Origin: Octopus sinensis
Lineage: Eukaryota
Assembly: GCF_006345805.1 (NCBI RefSeq)
Contig: NC_043005.1
Coordinates: 84,010,001 to 84,074,000 of the forward strand
Reading direction: 5' to 3'
DNA: 64,000 nucleotides
The translations under genes were made by a program, and so were the position numbers. The notes under the pieces are model-generated. The model saw only the letters and a list, made by a program, of their open reading frames with translations. It made no database searches and had not been told where the DNA came from. Within the stretch, counting starts at the first letter, position 1; every line of letters starts with the position of its first letter. This document shows, piece by piece, positions 37,119-49,845 of the stretch.

Positions 37119-37859
37119 CAAATAACCAATATTTAAAAAAATACCCAACACTTAATATAGAATGTATTGAAAGGCGGTGAGCTGGCAGAAAAGCTAGCAC
37201 GGTGGGCGAAATGCTTAGGGATATTTCGTTTGTCTTTACGTTCTGAGTTCAAATTCCGCCGAGGTCTACTTTGCCCTTCACCCTTTCGGGGTCAATAAAT
37301 TAAGTACTAGTTGCGTACTGGGGTCGATCTAATCGACTGACCCCCTCCCCAAAAGTTTCGGGCCTTGTGCCTAGAGTAGAAAAGAATGTATTGAGTAAAT
37401 ATATATCCTTTTCTACTCAAGGCACAAGGCACGAATTTTTTTGGGAGGGATCAGTCAATTAGATCGATCAACCCCAGTACGCACTGGTACTTAATTCATC
37501 GACCCCGAAAGGATGAAAGGCGAAGTCGACCTCGGCTGAATTTGAACTCAGAACGTTAAGACAGACGAAATACCTATTTCTTTATTACCCACAAGGGGCT
37601 AAACACAGAGAGGACAAACAAGGACAGACGAACGGATTAAGTGGATTATATCGACCCCAGTGCGTAACTGGTACTTATTTAATCGACCCTGAAAGGATGA
37701 AAGGCAAAGTCGACCTCGGCGGAATTTGAACTCAGAACGTAGCGGCAGACGAAATACCGCTGAGTATTTCGCCCGGCGTGCTAACGATTCGGCCAGCTCA
37801 TCGCCTTTCAATACATTCTATATTAAGTGCAGAGTATTTTTTTAAATATTGGTTATTTG
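37119..37859. repeat. Fold-back cluster of family B SINEs with inverted flanks
   Basis: 37119-37175 is repeated in reverse complement at 37803-37859, with SINE heads pointing inward. Confidence 0.8.
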
Positions 37860-38589
37860 ATCGTCTGAGTCATCTACTCAAAACCTCTTTCGATGCTTTT
37901 TTGACGTGTGATCTACAAGGGAGATTACTTTAGGTTACTTTTTTAATTACTTTGTACATACTTAGCATTGTAAATGTATTTTTTCAAAATTCTTACTATT
38001 TTAATAATAAGAAAATATATAATAATTAAAATCAGTGTGTAGATGACCCACCAAAGTAAATGTGCTCATTATAGCTTCGGGCCGACCAAAATCTTGTCAG
38101 TGTATTTAGTTGACAGGAACTGAAAGAAGCTTGTTGTTTATATATGTGCGTGTGTGTGTGTGTGTCTTTGTGTCTGTGTTGGTTCCCCACCTCACCGTTT
38201 CACAACTGGTGTTGGTGTATTTACGTCCCGTAACTTAGCGTTTCGTCAAAATTGCCCGGTAGAATAAATATTAGCCTTTGAAAAGGAAAAGCGCTGGGTT
38301 CGATTTGTTTGATTAAAACCCTTCAAGGCAGTGCTCCAGCATGGCTGCAGTCAAGTGACTGGAACAAGTAAAAGAATAAAAGAATATATTCATTTTTTAT
38401 TATTTTTTTTTAATAAATTTCAGCCAATGGATTACGGCCATACCGGGACACCGCAATCAATGTTGCTTCGGTCCTTTGTAACAGCTCTGATAAAAATTAT
38501 ATTGTATTCAATGCAGAAGTTCTCTTAATGTATTTAGCACGAATGAAGAAATTTGATGCGCCACTCTGATGGAAGATCATTCAGGATCT

Positions 38590-38995
38590 TGTGGCTGTGT
38601 GGTAAGTAGCTTGCTTACGAACCACATGGTTCCGGGTTCAGTCCCACTGCATGGCACCTTGGGCAAGTGTCTTCTACAATAGTCTCGGGCCGACCAAAGC
38701 CTTGTGAGTGGATTTGGTAGACGGAAACTAAAAGAAGCCTGTCGTATATATGTATATATATGTATGTATGTGTGTGTATATGTTTGTGTGTCTGTGTTTG
38801 TCCACCCAACATCGCTTGTCAACCAATGCTGGTGTGTTTACGTCCCCGTAACTTAGCGGTTCGGCAAAAGAGACCGATAGAATAAGAACTATGCTTACAA
38901 AGAATAAGTCCTGGGGTCGATTTGCTCGACTAAAGGCGGTGCTCCAACACGGCCACAGTCAAATGACTGAAACAAATAAAAGTGTAAAAGAGTAT
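38590..38995 (+). mobile_element. SINE family A
   Basis: Near full-length copy. Confidence 0.88.
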
Positions 38996-39813
38996 AGAAT
39001 ATCCATGAACTTTTGATAACTATTCTATATGTAGCAGGTATTTCACTCAATTTGAACTCATATTATTTTCCTGCAAATTAGAAAGTTTTCTTCACAAAAA
39101 ACCGGATCTTTGAAAAAGAACGATTATATCATTAAAAAACCCAAACTAGTCTATGACGCTCAAACACTGCAGATATAATTCAATGGCTGACGTCTGCTAA
39201 AATACTGACGAATCAGAAGCTGTTGATCGCAGGTTAGATAAGTTTTAATTCAGTCAACTCATCCTATAAAATTACAGTCACACAGGTACAGTCAGAGAAG
39301 GAGAGGTTATTGCTTGATAAGAGAGAACCGAAGGCAGTCATGCGTCACATCAAATGCTTTTTCTTATGAGCTGAGGTGGTCGGCCAAGACCTTGCTAAAT
39401 ATGAAGAATCTGCAATATGATATTGCTCGTACGAGCAAAGGGAGTTATGCTAAGGTCGCTGACACGTATTTATTCACGAACTCTCTCTACCAGCTCTGTC
39501 TTGCCCTGTCTCATCCACATACAACCACACAATCTAAGTAAATTACTAATATGAGCCGAACTTTCCGGCGTTATTCTGTTGTTTTCTTTTCTGGAGACTG
39601 TTGTGTTCTATTTAAACTTTGTTGTGTTTTCGGGCAAAATTATATTCTCTTTTGTTGAAATCAAGGATTAAAAAAAAAAATTGAAAAGAAAGCATGTGGA
39701 ATGCGTTATCGACACCCAGGTCCTTTTTCTAAATCGCTTTCGGAGATCCTTGGGGAAATACAGATTGGCCTGAGTTTCTAGACTCTTTTCTTCAGTTACA
39801 CATTGTTAATTCT

Positions 39814-40046
39814 TATTTCTTTATTGCTCACAAGGGGCTAAACATAAAGGGGACAAACAAGGACAGATAAAAGGATTAAGTCGATTAGATCGACCCCAGT
39901 GCGTAACTGGTACTTAATGCATCGACCCCGAAAGGATGAAAGGCAAAGTCGACCTCGGCGGAATTTGAACTCAAAACGTAACGGCAGACGAAATATGGCT
40001 ACGCATTTCGCCCGGCGTGCTAATGATTCTGCCAGCTCGCCGCCTT
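39814..40046 (-). mobile_element. SINE family B monomer
   Basis: 15-bp TSD CACATTGTTAATTCT. Confidence 0.92.
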
Positions 40047-40139
40047 CACATTGTTAATTCTATTGCATGCGTAGCGGGATTACTGTTTGCAGCCTATGGT
40101 TTCATGTTATTTTCAGCTATCTAATAGTTTCCTGATTAT

Positions 40140-40596
40140 TCTGGCCGTGTGAAAGAAGCAAACCTTTTGTAACAGTTCTACTGGGCACTCTATTCCAGTT
40201 TCCTTAATATTCTTCCTGGTGCTTTCTAATACTGTTCCCAAGGACCCAACAATAATTGGCACTATCTTTACCTTCTTCATTTTCCATAGCCAGGCTATTT
40301 CGCACTTAAGAGGGTTGTATCTATCTATTTCTTTGCCTCCCTTCTTGACTATTCAGGGTCAAAGGGGCATGTAACATCAACTATATAGCGTGTGTGATGC
40401 ACCTTGTCCACCACCACTAGGTCCGGTGTGTTACGCTTCAGCACCTTATCTGTTTGGATTGGGAAATCCCGGAGTACTTTGCTAGTCTCCGACTCTGCCA
40501 CTCTCTGCGGTTTGTGCTCATACCACGTATTGCCTCTCTCTAGCCTCCACTTTTCGCACAGGTTCCAACGGAGCACTTTCGCTACCTGGTCGTGTT
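40140..40596 (-). mobile_element. Second R4/Dong-like endonuclease-domain fragment, decayed
   Basis: HDQVAKVLRWNLCEKW...WYEHKPQRVAE...FPIQTDKV...PDLVVVDK...IVDVTCPFD. Confidence 0.8.
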
Positions 40597-40988
40597 TTAA
40601 AATAATTTCCACGTAACTAAACACTTTTAAACTTCGTATACTGGTAGAATGTGTTTATAAAACATCTTTTTCTCTTGGCTTTATTGAGAAAATTCTATAG
40701 TTTGTAAGATATTTGTTGTTGTTTTTTTCAATTTCTGCAATTTCAACCAATCAATGACGTCTATTGAGGTGAAAACATTCTGTGCCGTATGAATATGTCC
40801 AACGTTTAAGAAACAGATTGGGTTTATTTACATTTCTGAAAAAAAAAGATACCCTCCCACCACCCCTAACCCTAACCCTAACCCTAAATCAGATTGAAAT
40901 GCAATAGATCGATACTAGGGTCATAATTATGGGTGACAATTTCATATGACACCGCTTGAAAAAACTGCCGGTCAAACCGAAAAGATCC
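40597..40988. mobile_element. Merlin-like MITE, left TIR missing
   Basis: Matches 36000-36391 and contains (TAACCC)3. Confidence 0.85.
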
Positions 40989-41714
40989 CATCTTTCAACA
41001 AGAAATGAAGTTTGTTCGTAAACACTTCAACAGTTTTCATTTTTTTATGTACAACTGTTGATCGACGACATTAGAAATAACAGTCAACTCGTATTACCAT
41101 AAGCAGTCATATACAGCTCCTAACGTTTAGCCAATCTTCTCAAGTACAAGTAGCAATGACATCTAGCAGCCACATAATATAACATAGATGGTCTGTTCTT
41201 GCCGCTGATCATGAAACCTGGCGTTTCACTCTCCTCTAAGAAACGGCCTCTTTTGAAGACACCCGCCGGACCATCCTTGTAAGCAAGAAAAAAAAAAAAA
41301 ATAGGAGGATAAAAATAGGACATAACATCCAACCCGGATCAACCGCGCCTAAAAAATTATCATTACGATAAATGGTAAGGCGGTGAGCCGGACAAAATGC
41401 TTAGCGGTATTTCGTCCGTATTCATGTTCTGAGTTCAAATTCCATCGAAGTCGACTTTGCCTTTCATCCCTTCGGGGTCGATAAAATAAGCACTAGTTAT
41501 GCACTAGAGTCGATGTAATCGACTTACCCACCACTCACAAATTTCAGGCTTTATACCTAAAGTAGAAAGGATTATCAGCGTATGCCATACAGTGGCCCAG
41601 CAACAAAATTTGCTAAGGGAGTGCAAACCCAGGTCCTAATTTTTTAAATGAAAAATATGGATTTTTCCAATGTTGACATTAAAACAAATGCAGGTATAAT
41701 AATTTTTATTATTA

Positions 41715-42180
41715 TGAGGGTCCACTCAATGGAATGTGACCAAATGAAGTTCATTTCTAACACAGTTCCTCTTACTGTCCACACACTTCCATTAGTAGTT
41801 GCAGTGCTTGGGTCGCACTGGTGAAGAAGCTTTTCTGTTGATCAAAATGGTCATCAACAACAGATAAGATGTTCTCATCATAGTGATACTGGTGCTCAGC
41901 TGAGTGTTTTTCTATGTTGGGAAACAGATGATAACCAGAAGGAACCAAATCACTAACATAGGGTGAATGATCAACCAGTTCAAAGCCAGTCACATACAGC
42001 AGCCATTGAAACCAAGGACTTGTGTGCTGAAGCATTGTCCTAATGAAACAAGACCCCAATCATCAGTTTTTCTGGGTGTTTGGTCTTGATAGCCTTTCAT
42101 AACTGCCTTAGGAAGTTGGTATTGAAATTTTCCATTGATGGTGTGATCATTTTGAAGATAGTCAATAAACACAATATTTT
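41715..42180 (-). pseudogene. mariner transposase C-terminal fragment
   Basis: FIDYLQNDHTING...GFELVDHSPYVSDLVPSGYHLFPN, a degenerate HPPYSPDLAPSD motif, with frameshifts. Confidence 0.8.
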
Positions 42181-43084
42181 GTGTATTAATTCATAGTATA
42201 TATAATGATGTGAAGTATATTTTGCATATTAAAATGTTAAATTTTGGAAATGTATCAAGCAGATAAAAATACAAATTGCAAGTATTTCAAAATGTGGGAC
42301 ACTACATGACAAAAACTAACAAAAAAAAAGAAGAAAATAGTGGTGCTTGTGTTCCAAAGGTACAATGAGAAGGCTCAGGAGAAGGATAGAGAGATGGGGT
42401 AGAGGGAAGGAAGGTAGAAGGAAAGAAAAGAATGAAAAGTGAAAAGATAAACTGGGGATCTGAAATGAGTACTAGGCAGGAAATTGGCCCCTGTGCCGGT
42501 GGCATGTAAAAACAGCACCCACTACACTCTCAGAGTAGTTGGCGTTAGGAAGGGCATCCAGCTGTAGAAACACTGCCAGATCAGACAGGAGCCTGGTGCA
42601 GCCTCTTGGCTTCCCAGGCCCCAGTCGAGCCATTCAACATATTCCAGCATGGAAAATGGACATTAAACGATGATGTCTTACCTATGCACTGGTCAAGTAG
42701 AAAAACGATGAGTGACAAAAATTGGATTGTCTTTTGGTACCAAAAAAGTGAAGAAAGAGAGTAGAGGAGGTTAGGGAAAAGCAAGTAGGAAGAAAGAGAG
42801 AGAGTGCGGAGAAATAAGAGAATAAAGATAGACAGTAGGTAGTTGACAGGGATGGACAGAGGAAGAAATGGAAGGCAGTAAAGAGAGAAAAGCAGCAGAT
42901 AGGTAGAGAGGTAGATAGAGGGGAGAGGAGAAGGACAGAGAAATAGATAGAAAAGAGAGACAGTCTTGCACCAAATATTGAACACTGCGTAGGGTACCAC
43001 TGAGTGAGAACAGAAGTGAGTGTGTGACATTACATTGACTAACAGACCTAAAATACTGCACAGAAACTCAACGAACATATATAA

Positions 43085-43910
43085 TGATAAAGGAAATTGT
43101 TGTATACAGTGCTCAGGTGCACTACAACTAAGATGAAAAAAATGGCCATCAGGTGTACTGTTGGCGGATTTCAGGACACATGGAAGTTTTGAAGGATGTA
43201 GTGAATTGACAGCTAACAACTGATGCAGGTGGTTTATTCCATGCTTCTGCAATTCTGAGCATGAAAAATTGTTTCCGAAAGTCATGGGTGCTGTGTTGTT
43301 TTTTTGATTTTATAAGCATGTCCGTGAGTGATTATCATATGGAATTCAAAAAATTACCGAAGGTTGATGCTGGAAATATGGTGAATAATCTTGTGGGTGT
43401 CAATCAAGTCAGTTGCCAGACGTCTGAGCTTCAATGTATCCATGCCCAGGAATGCAAGACGTTTAGAGTATGGTAGATGTCTGACGGTGGGTATTCGCTT
43501 TGTTGCACATTTCTGAACAGTTTCCAGGAGATTTATATGCTGAGAAAGAGAGGGTTTCCAGACTGGTGATGCAAATCCCAAGTGTGGACATACCATTGTC
43601 GTATACAATTTTAAATAGATAGCAGGAGAGTGGCTGACAAATGTCTTACTGAGATATGCTAGCACCACCTCAGCCTTTTTGACAATCTTAGATATGTGGT
43701 TTGTCCAATGCAGATTGTTGTTTACAATAATACCCAGAACATGTCCACCAGAAGACTTCTTGAGATGGTGTTGCTGAGGGAGTATGTAAAATTGGATTTT
43801 TCCTCCCAAAATACATGGTGACACACTTGTCTACAGATAGTTTGAGATGTCAGTCAGAGATCCACTGCTGCATTGTATCTAGATCTGATTGCAGGATAGG
43901 ATATGTTCTT
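43085..43910 (-). mobile_element. CR1-clade LINE 3' part
   Basis: LQSDLD...KCVTM, LGIIVNNNLHWTNHI...PHLGFASPVW...LETVQKCATKRIP...RRLATDL, then the shared CR1 3' end. Confidence 0.9.
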
Positions 43911-43970
43911 TTTATTTCAAGGTACAGCTTGGTATCATCGGCATTTTTCAACACTGAACTCCGACCAAAT

Positions 43971-44728
43971 TTCCAGGGAGTTAGAAAATCCTCGGAACTT
44001 CCCAGGAAGATTTCGACGAAACTTCTCGGAAGTTAGAAAATCATCGGAACTTTACAGGAAGTTTTCGACGAAACTTCTCGTAAGAAAATCCTCGGAACTT
44101 CCAAGGAAGATTTCGACGAAACTTCCCGGAAGTTAGAAAATCCTCGGAACTTCCCGGGAAGATTTGGACGAAACTTCCAAGGAAGATTTCGACGAAACTT
44201 CCTGGAAGTAAGAAAATCCTCGGAACTTCCAAGGAAGATTTCAACGAAACTTCCCGGAAGTTAGAAAATCCTCGGAACTTGCCAGAAAATCTTCGACGAA
44301 ACTTCCCGGAAGTTAGAAAATCCTCGGAACTTCCCAGGAAGTTTTTGACGAAACTTCCCGGAAGTTATAAAGTTCTCGGAAATTCCCAGGAAGATTTGAA
44401 CGAAACTTCCTGGAAGTTAGAAAACGTCGGAACTTCCCAGGAAATTTACGACGAAACTTCCCGGAAGTAAGAAAATCCCCGGAACTTCCCAGGAACTTTT
44501 CGACGAAACTTCCTGGAAGTTAGAAAATCCTCGGAACTTCCCAGGAAATTTTCGATGAAACTTCAGGAACTTTGAAAATCCTCGGATCTTCCCAGGCAGT
44601 TTACGGCGAAACTTCCCGGAAGTTAGAAAATCCTCGGAACTTGCCAGGAAGTTTCCGACGAAACTTCCCGGAATAACCTCGGAACTTCCCACGAAGTTTT
44701 CAACAAAATTTCTCGAAAGGTAGAAATT
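43971..44728. repeat. 52-bp minisatellite, about 14 units
   Basis: Unit TTAGAAAATCCTCGGAACTTCCCAGGAAGATTTCGACGAAACTTCCCGGAAG. Confidence 0.92.
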
Positions 44729-44789
44729 TTACTGAAGGTATTTTACCAGTGAACATTCCTTTCTTCTATGAGACCGGATGATTAAGAAT

Positions 44790-45330
44790 ATTAAGATTTA
44801 AGCAGTATTTTATACTGCTCAGAACTGGGGTTTTCCCTAAAAATACAACTAACTACCAGTTCCCTTGTCATGAATGTTCGTAGGATGCAGCGTATGAGTT
44901 TGCTGCATTTAAAGGTTAGTTTGATAATATGGCTGATGGAAAATGCATCATTTGACATGATTACACCTAAGTCCTGTATGTCATTAGTGCTCTGAATCAT
45001 TATGTTACCTTGTGTCAAATATTGCGATTTGGGTGAATTCGTTTGTAATAAAGAAGCTGAAATTTGATGTACTAATTTCCGTATTTTTTCTGGTTTAGAT
45101 TCTAGCCATCGATATTCTTGTGTAATTCATTCCCTGGTATATACGACGTATTACAAGTAACTTAGAGAGAAATCCATTTGTAGTAATAGGTTGACTCCTA
45201 CCATATAGAAAGTTAAAGAATCATTCTCCGACTTTTCCTGTGATACCAAGATTTCCTAAATTATGACAGATGATTCCATGATCAAAGCATTTAACAATGA
45301 GCATTAAATATCAAAGATAAAAATAAATCA
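44790..45330 (-). mobile_element. Decayed CR1-group RT fragment
   Basis: IQDLGVIMSNDA...HI...CSKLIRCILRTFMTR. Confidence 0.6.
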
Positions 45331-46059
45331 TTTTGTTTCCTTGTCAAACTTTGGGCCTAACAACCTAAATGAGAAAACCGATATGACTGAAAGAATTTTT
45401 AAAGGGCTTTTATTTTTAGGCTGAGGTCAAACAGTCGAATCCATTCAACCATGTCGTCAGTCTTTAGCAACATCAACTTCAAAGAACTTGAGAGAGGTGA
45501 CAGACTGAGAGAGGACAAGAACCTTCACACATTTTCAGTATTGCAAGATTTTGGAGTTACTTTTATCAGAATAGAGCTGCCTTCAAGAATCCAAGTAATG
45601 CTATGTATTGAAGAGTAGCCGTAGATGCTGGTCATATTGTTTGCTGGTCTTGTTGTTTGCTACTACTGTTGTTGTTGTCACATACTTTTTATTTTGAAGC
45701 TACTTTGCTTCAGAAGTTGGTTAGTTGGTTAGTCAGAAGTTACATTTTAAGCCCAGCTCCATCACTTTTATTTATTGATTTTTGTTCTTTGTTTTTGTTT
45801 TGAAACGAAATCTAGCTTCAAGCATCTTATACAGATAATTTTTTAGACACTATTTTCTGAAACCGGTAAAGTTATGTAGGGGGTGCAAATTTTTATCTTG
45901 CACCACCTGAAAATTCCCGCTGCACCCCCTGTTCCCGGGCCCTTGATGCCATAAGATGACCAGCTGGCAGAATCGTTTGCACTCCAGGGGAAAAAAATGC
46001 TCATCGGTATTCCACCGGGGTCGACTTTACTTTTCATCCTTTTGGGAATGATAGATTAA

Positions 46060-46245
46060 CCCATTAGTGCCCCAACTTTTTTCTTTAATTTATTACGAAA
46101 AATCTTTTTTTTATGCTAAATATATTTTTTAAAATGTTATTACAATATTTGAAAGGCACTCCAGTCTTGTTGACTAACTAAAACGTTGCAGAAATATGAT
46201 GGATTAACCTTCTGGTCCTAAAAAAGGACCATTCGTGCTAATGGG
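46060..46245. mobile_element. piggyBac-like MITE inserted at the TTAA of a family B SINE
   Basis: TTAA-CCCATTAG...CTAATGGG-TTAA. The host SINE resumes on both sides. Confidence 0.8.
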
Positions 46246-46629
46246 TTAAGTAAGTACCCGTTGAGCCTAGGGAATTATGTAATCGACTACCCTACACACA
46301 CCCTTAAAATTTCGGACCTTGTTTCTATAGTGGTAGTATTATTACAATATATAATATTAACATTATAAGCGTAAGATATATCTTTTTTAAAAGCTTTGCA
46401 ATATTTAATGTTAACTGCGATTACAGACCACACAAGATATTAAATTAACTGTTTGTTTATTGAGTCTCAACACATGTTACTTCAATGATATAAACAGTTA
46501 GCTTTCGTTTGTGATTTCAAAAGGCAAATCTTATCTTAATAGATATGTATGCTAGCGATTTTTTAAGTATACCTTGCTCCAATTTGTCTGGCTTATTTAT
46601 CTATTTACTCACCGGAGGTAATCGTACAT

Positions 46630-46664
<35 letters not shown>

Positions 46665-46814
46665 TGACTGTGTGTGTGTTTCTCTTCCTCTCTATTACTC
46701 TCCAATGCCACCTTCTTGGGGTGAAACATTTGTACTTTTACATACATTTCGCTCTTTATGTTATTAAGTTTCATTCATTCGTCCGTCCGTCCATCCATCT
46801 ATCCATTTATCTAT

Positions 46815-47135
46815 CTCTGAGGTGCATTCCAGAAATTTTCAGATTTTTTCAGTAGAAACATTTATCAATTTCAAAGAAATCCCAAACTCTAATCTCTTTC
46901 AAAGTAAGACCTTCTGGCTTCAATGCATTGGTTGTAGCACTCCAAACCCTTTGTGAATGTCCCATGGAAGTCCCTTTAAGTGAAGGTGTCCAGAACCCTT
47001 ATCGGAACCTACTAGGCTTTTTTAATGTCTTCGAAACGACTGCCTTTGAGGTTTTCCTTCAGCTTGAATAACAGCTAAAAGTCACAAGGGGTAAGGACTG
47101 AAATGTGGGGAGGGTGAGGAATGGTTTTGATGTCC
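46815..47135 (-). pseudogene. mariner transposase 3' fragment
   Basis: TIPHPPH...PCDF.LLFKLKENLKGSRFEDI. Confidence 0.7.
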
Positions 47136-47782
47136 ATCTCTTCCTTGGATCTGTGGGTTTAAGTGGAATGGTAATGAGGTTTTAATGGGGATTGTTATGG
47201 AGAGGTGTCTTGGAGAAATTTTTATTGATCAAATTTGGGGTTGTTTAAAATTTATTCATGAATGTAGAACTTTGTAAGTAGGTATGTATGTTTAGGTGTG
47301 TTCCTTTGTTATGTAGGTACAGGATGTGTGAGTAGTATAATTATTTTTGGTTTTATTAGATTTTATCCTTTGCTTTGACAATGTAAAGGTCAAAGTACAA
47401 AGTCCGGTATTTAAAACCTTAATAACTGGGTGTGTCAACATTTTTGTGATGGAATCTTTTTGGGGGTTCACAAAAGAATGTAAGCAGTTGGTATGTTTTA
47501 GGTGGTCAGTTTCTTGACTTGTTGTTTTAGGACATTTTCTACTTTTATTTGGAAGGTGCTGGCGATTAGTTAAGCATGTCATCGGATTGTTGATATAGAA
47601 ATTGGGATCTTTTCGCTTTGACCGGCAGATTTTTAAAATAATTTCTTTGTAACTAAACACTTTTAAACTTCGTATACTGGTAGTGTGTTACATAAAACAT
47701 CTTTTTCTCATGGCTTTCTTGAGAAAATTCTGTAGTTTGTAAGCTATTAGTTGTTTAATTTCTTGCATTTCGGCAATTTCAA

Positions 47783-48114
47783 CATTTCGGCAATTTTATT
47801 ACAATATTTGAAAGGCACTCCAGTCTTGTTGACTAACTAAAACGTTGCAGAAATATGATGGATTAACCTTCTGGTCCTAAAAAAGGACCATTCGTGCTAA
47901 TGGGTTAAGTAAGTACCCGTTGAGCCTAGGAAAATTTTAATGGGGATTGTTATGGAGAGGTGTCTTGGAGAAATTTTTATTGATCAAATTTGGGGTTGTT
48001 TAAAATTTATTCATGAATGTAGAACTTTGTAAGAAGGTATGTATGTTTAGGTGTGTTCCTTTGTTATGTAGGTACAGGATGGATACTTGGAGATACTTGG
48101 ATCTCATCTGTGAA
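47783..48114. repeat. Patchwork of locally templated duplications
   Basis: 47796-47930 copies 46137-46271. 47935-48081 copies 47180-47326. 48093-48114 matches 49078-49099. Confidence 0.9.
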
Positions 48115-48521
48115 ATTGTTCCTCTTGTGTTTTGACGACCACAAAAAGATTTGGTTCGGTGTCGAGGGGGTTGTTTTATGTTGGTCTATACATTAAGATG
48201 GAAGACGGAAGCTCGTCTCATCCTATGTTAAATACATCCATACTCCCGCATTTTGTGAAGGACTAGATCTACCGACATCATTATAGATTGCCGAGTCCCC
48301 AGAAACAGCTGTTGGATTTATAAAAACTTTCCTTCCACCCCTTTAAATTTCTTTGTCGTTTGTACTCTGTGTTAGTTGGACCTATTTATATAAAAACAAA
48401 AATTTATTTATACATATAAATTCATCATTCATCATCTGAAGGTTTCCGTCTTTTGCTTTCTCTCGTTTTCCATGTATACATATATATATATATACATATT
48501 TTGTATTTGACGTACTTAATA

Positions 48522-48918
48522 TCTTCTTTATATATAAAAGTGAGGTTGTGTGCTGTCTGTCTCCTAAGATTTAGATTCCTGACTACTCCCACATTTTGCG
48601 GTGCAGTTTAACCAAAACCGGGTATCTTATAGTCGTGATTCATATCGAGCCCTTCTGGGTATTAGCGCGCGTCTACGATGAGTCTACGATTTAAAAAAAA
48701 ATTTACCATAAATTTTCCCATTTTTAATGCATTTTTGGCATATATAAGGGAAGTAACTCTCTAAAAATTTATTATTAAATCTCAGAACGTAAAAAGCTAC
48801 AGTAACACCCCGCTTTGTGGTTAGCCATATTGAGATGGCTATTATACTTTACATCTCTAAAAATGCTTATATAGTTATTTCCCTTACAAACCCGAGCAAC
48901 GCCGGGCGATACTGCTAG
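48522..48918 (+). mobile_element. Non-autonomous Helitron
   Basis: A|TC...hairpin...CTAG|T, same family as 17438-17954. Confidence 0.85.
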
Positions 48919-49101
48919 TATTCAATAAATCTGATGTGTCTAATTTGCTTATCTTCAAAGTGGCTTCTTTTCCCGCTCATCCTGATCCCCCTTATAGCCT
49001 TGTGGAATCGGTCCCCTGTAAAGACATCGCAGTCTAAATCTGAATCTTTTTCAGCACTACTATCTTCTATACAAAGAATACTTGGATCTCATCGGTGAAC
49101 T

Positions 49102-49153
<52 letters not shown>

Positions 49154-49290
49154 CACACACACACACACACACACACAGGAACTGGGACTAGTTCTAAAAA
49201 AAGAAAACAACAACACACATCAATTTGGCATTTAATCTCATTCGAAGTTGTCCCCTTCTGAAGCCATGCACTTTATCCAGCATCGTTTCC

Positions 49291-49845
49291 TATTTCTTTA
49301 TTGCCCACAAGGACAAACAAGGACAGACAAAGGGCTTAAGTTGATTACATCGACCCCAGTGCGTAACTGGTACTTAATTTATCGACCCTGAAAGGATGAA
49401 AGGCAAAGTCGACCTCGGTGGAATTTGAACTCACAACGTATCCGTTACTTTATTATCCACAAGGGGCTAAACACAGAGGGGACAAACAAGGACAGACAAA
49501 CGGATTAAGTCGATTACATCGACCCCAGTGCGTAACTGGTACTTAATTTATCGACCCCGAAAGGATGAAAGGCAAAGTCGACCTCGGTGGAATTTGAACT
49601 CAGAACGTATCCGTTACTTTATTACCCACAAGGGGCTAAACACAGAGGGGACAAACAAGGACAGACAAACGGATTAAGTCGATTACATCGACCCCAGTGC
49701 GTAACTGGTACTTAATTTATCGACCTCGAAAGGATGAAAGGCAAAGTCGACCTCGGTGGAATTTGAACTCAGAACGTAGGGGCAGACGAAATACTGCTAA
49801 GCATTTCGACCGGCGTGCTAACGTTTCTGTCAGCTCGCCGCCTTG
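49291..49845 (-). mobile_element. Trimer of SINE family B
   Basis: TSD TCCAG(C/T)ATCGTTTCC, 169-bp internal period. Sits in a mariner-like remnant. Confidence 0.9.

Noticed and set aside
40860-40887. Telomere or chromosome-fusion site
   Set aside because: Only three to four units, internal to a MITE.
41120-41332. 70-aa minus ORF with pyrimidine tract
   Set aside because: No recognisable homology and no convincing donor.
47292-47660. 122-aa minus ORF
   Set aside because: Starts inside a MITE and runs through compositionally skewed sequence with no motif.
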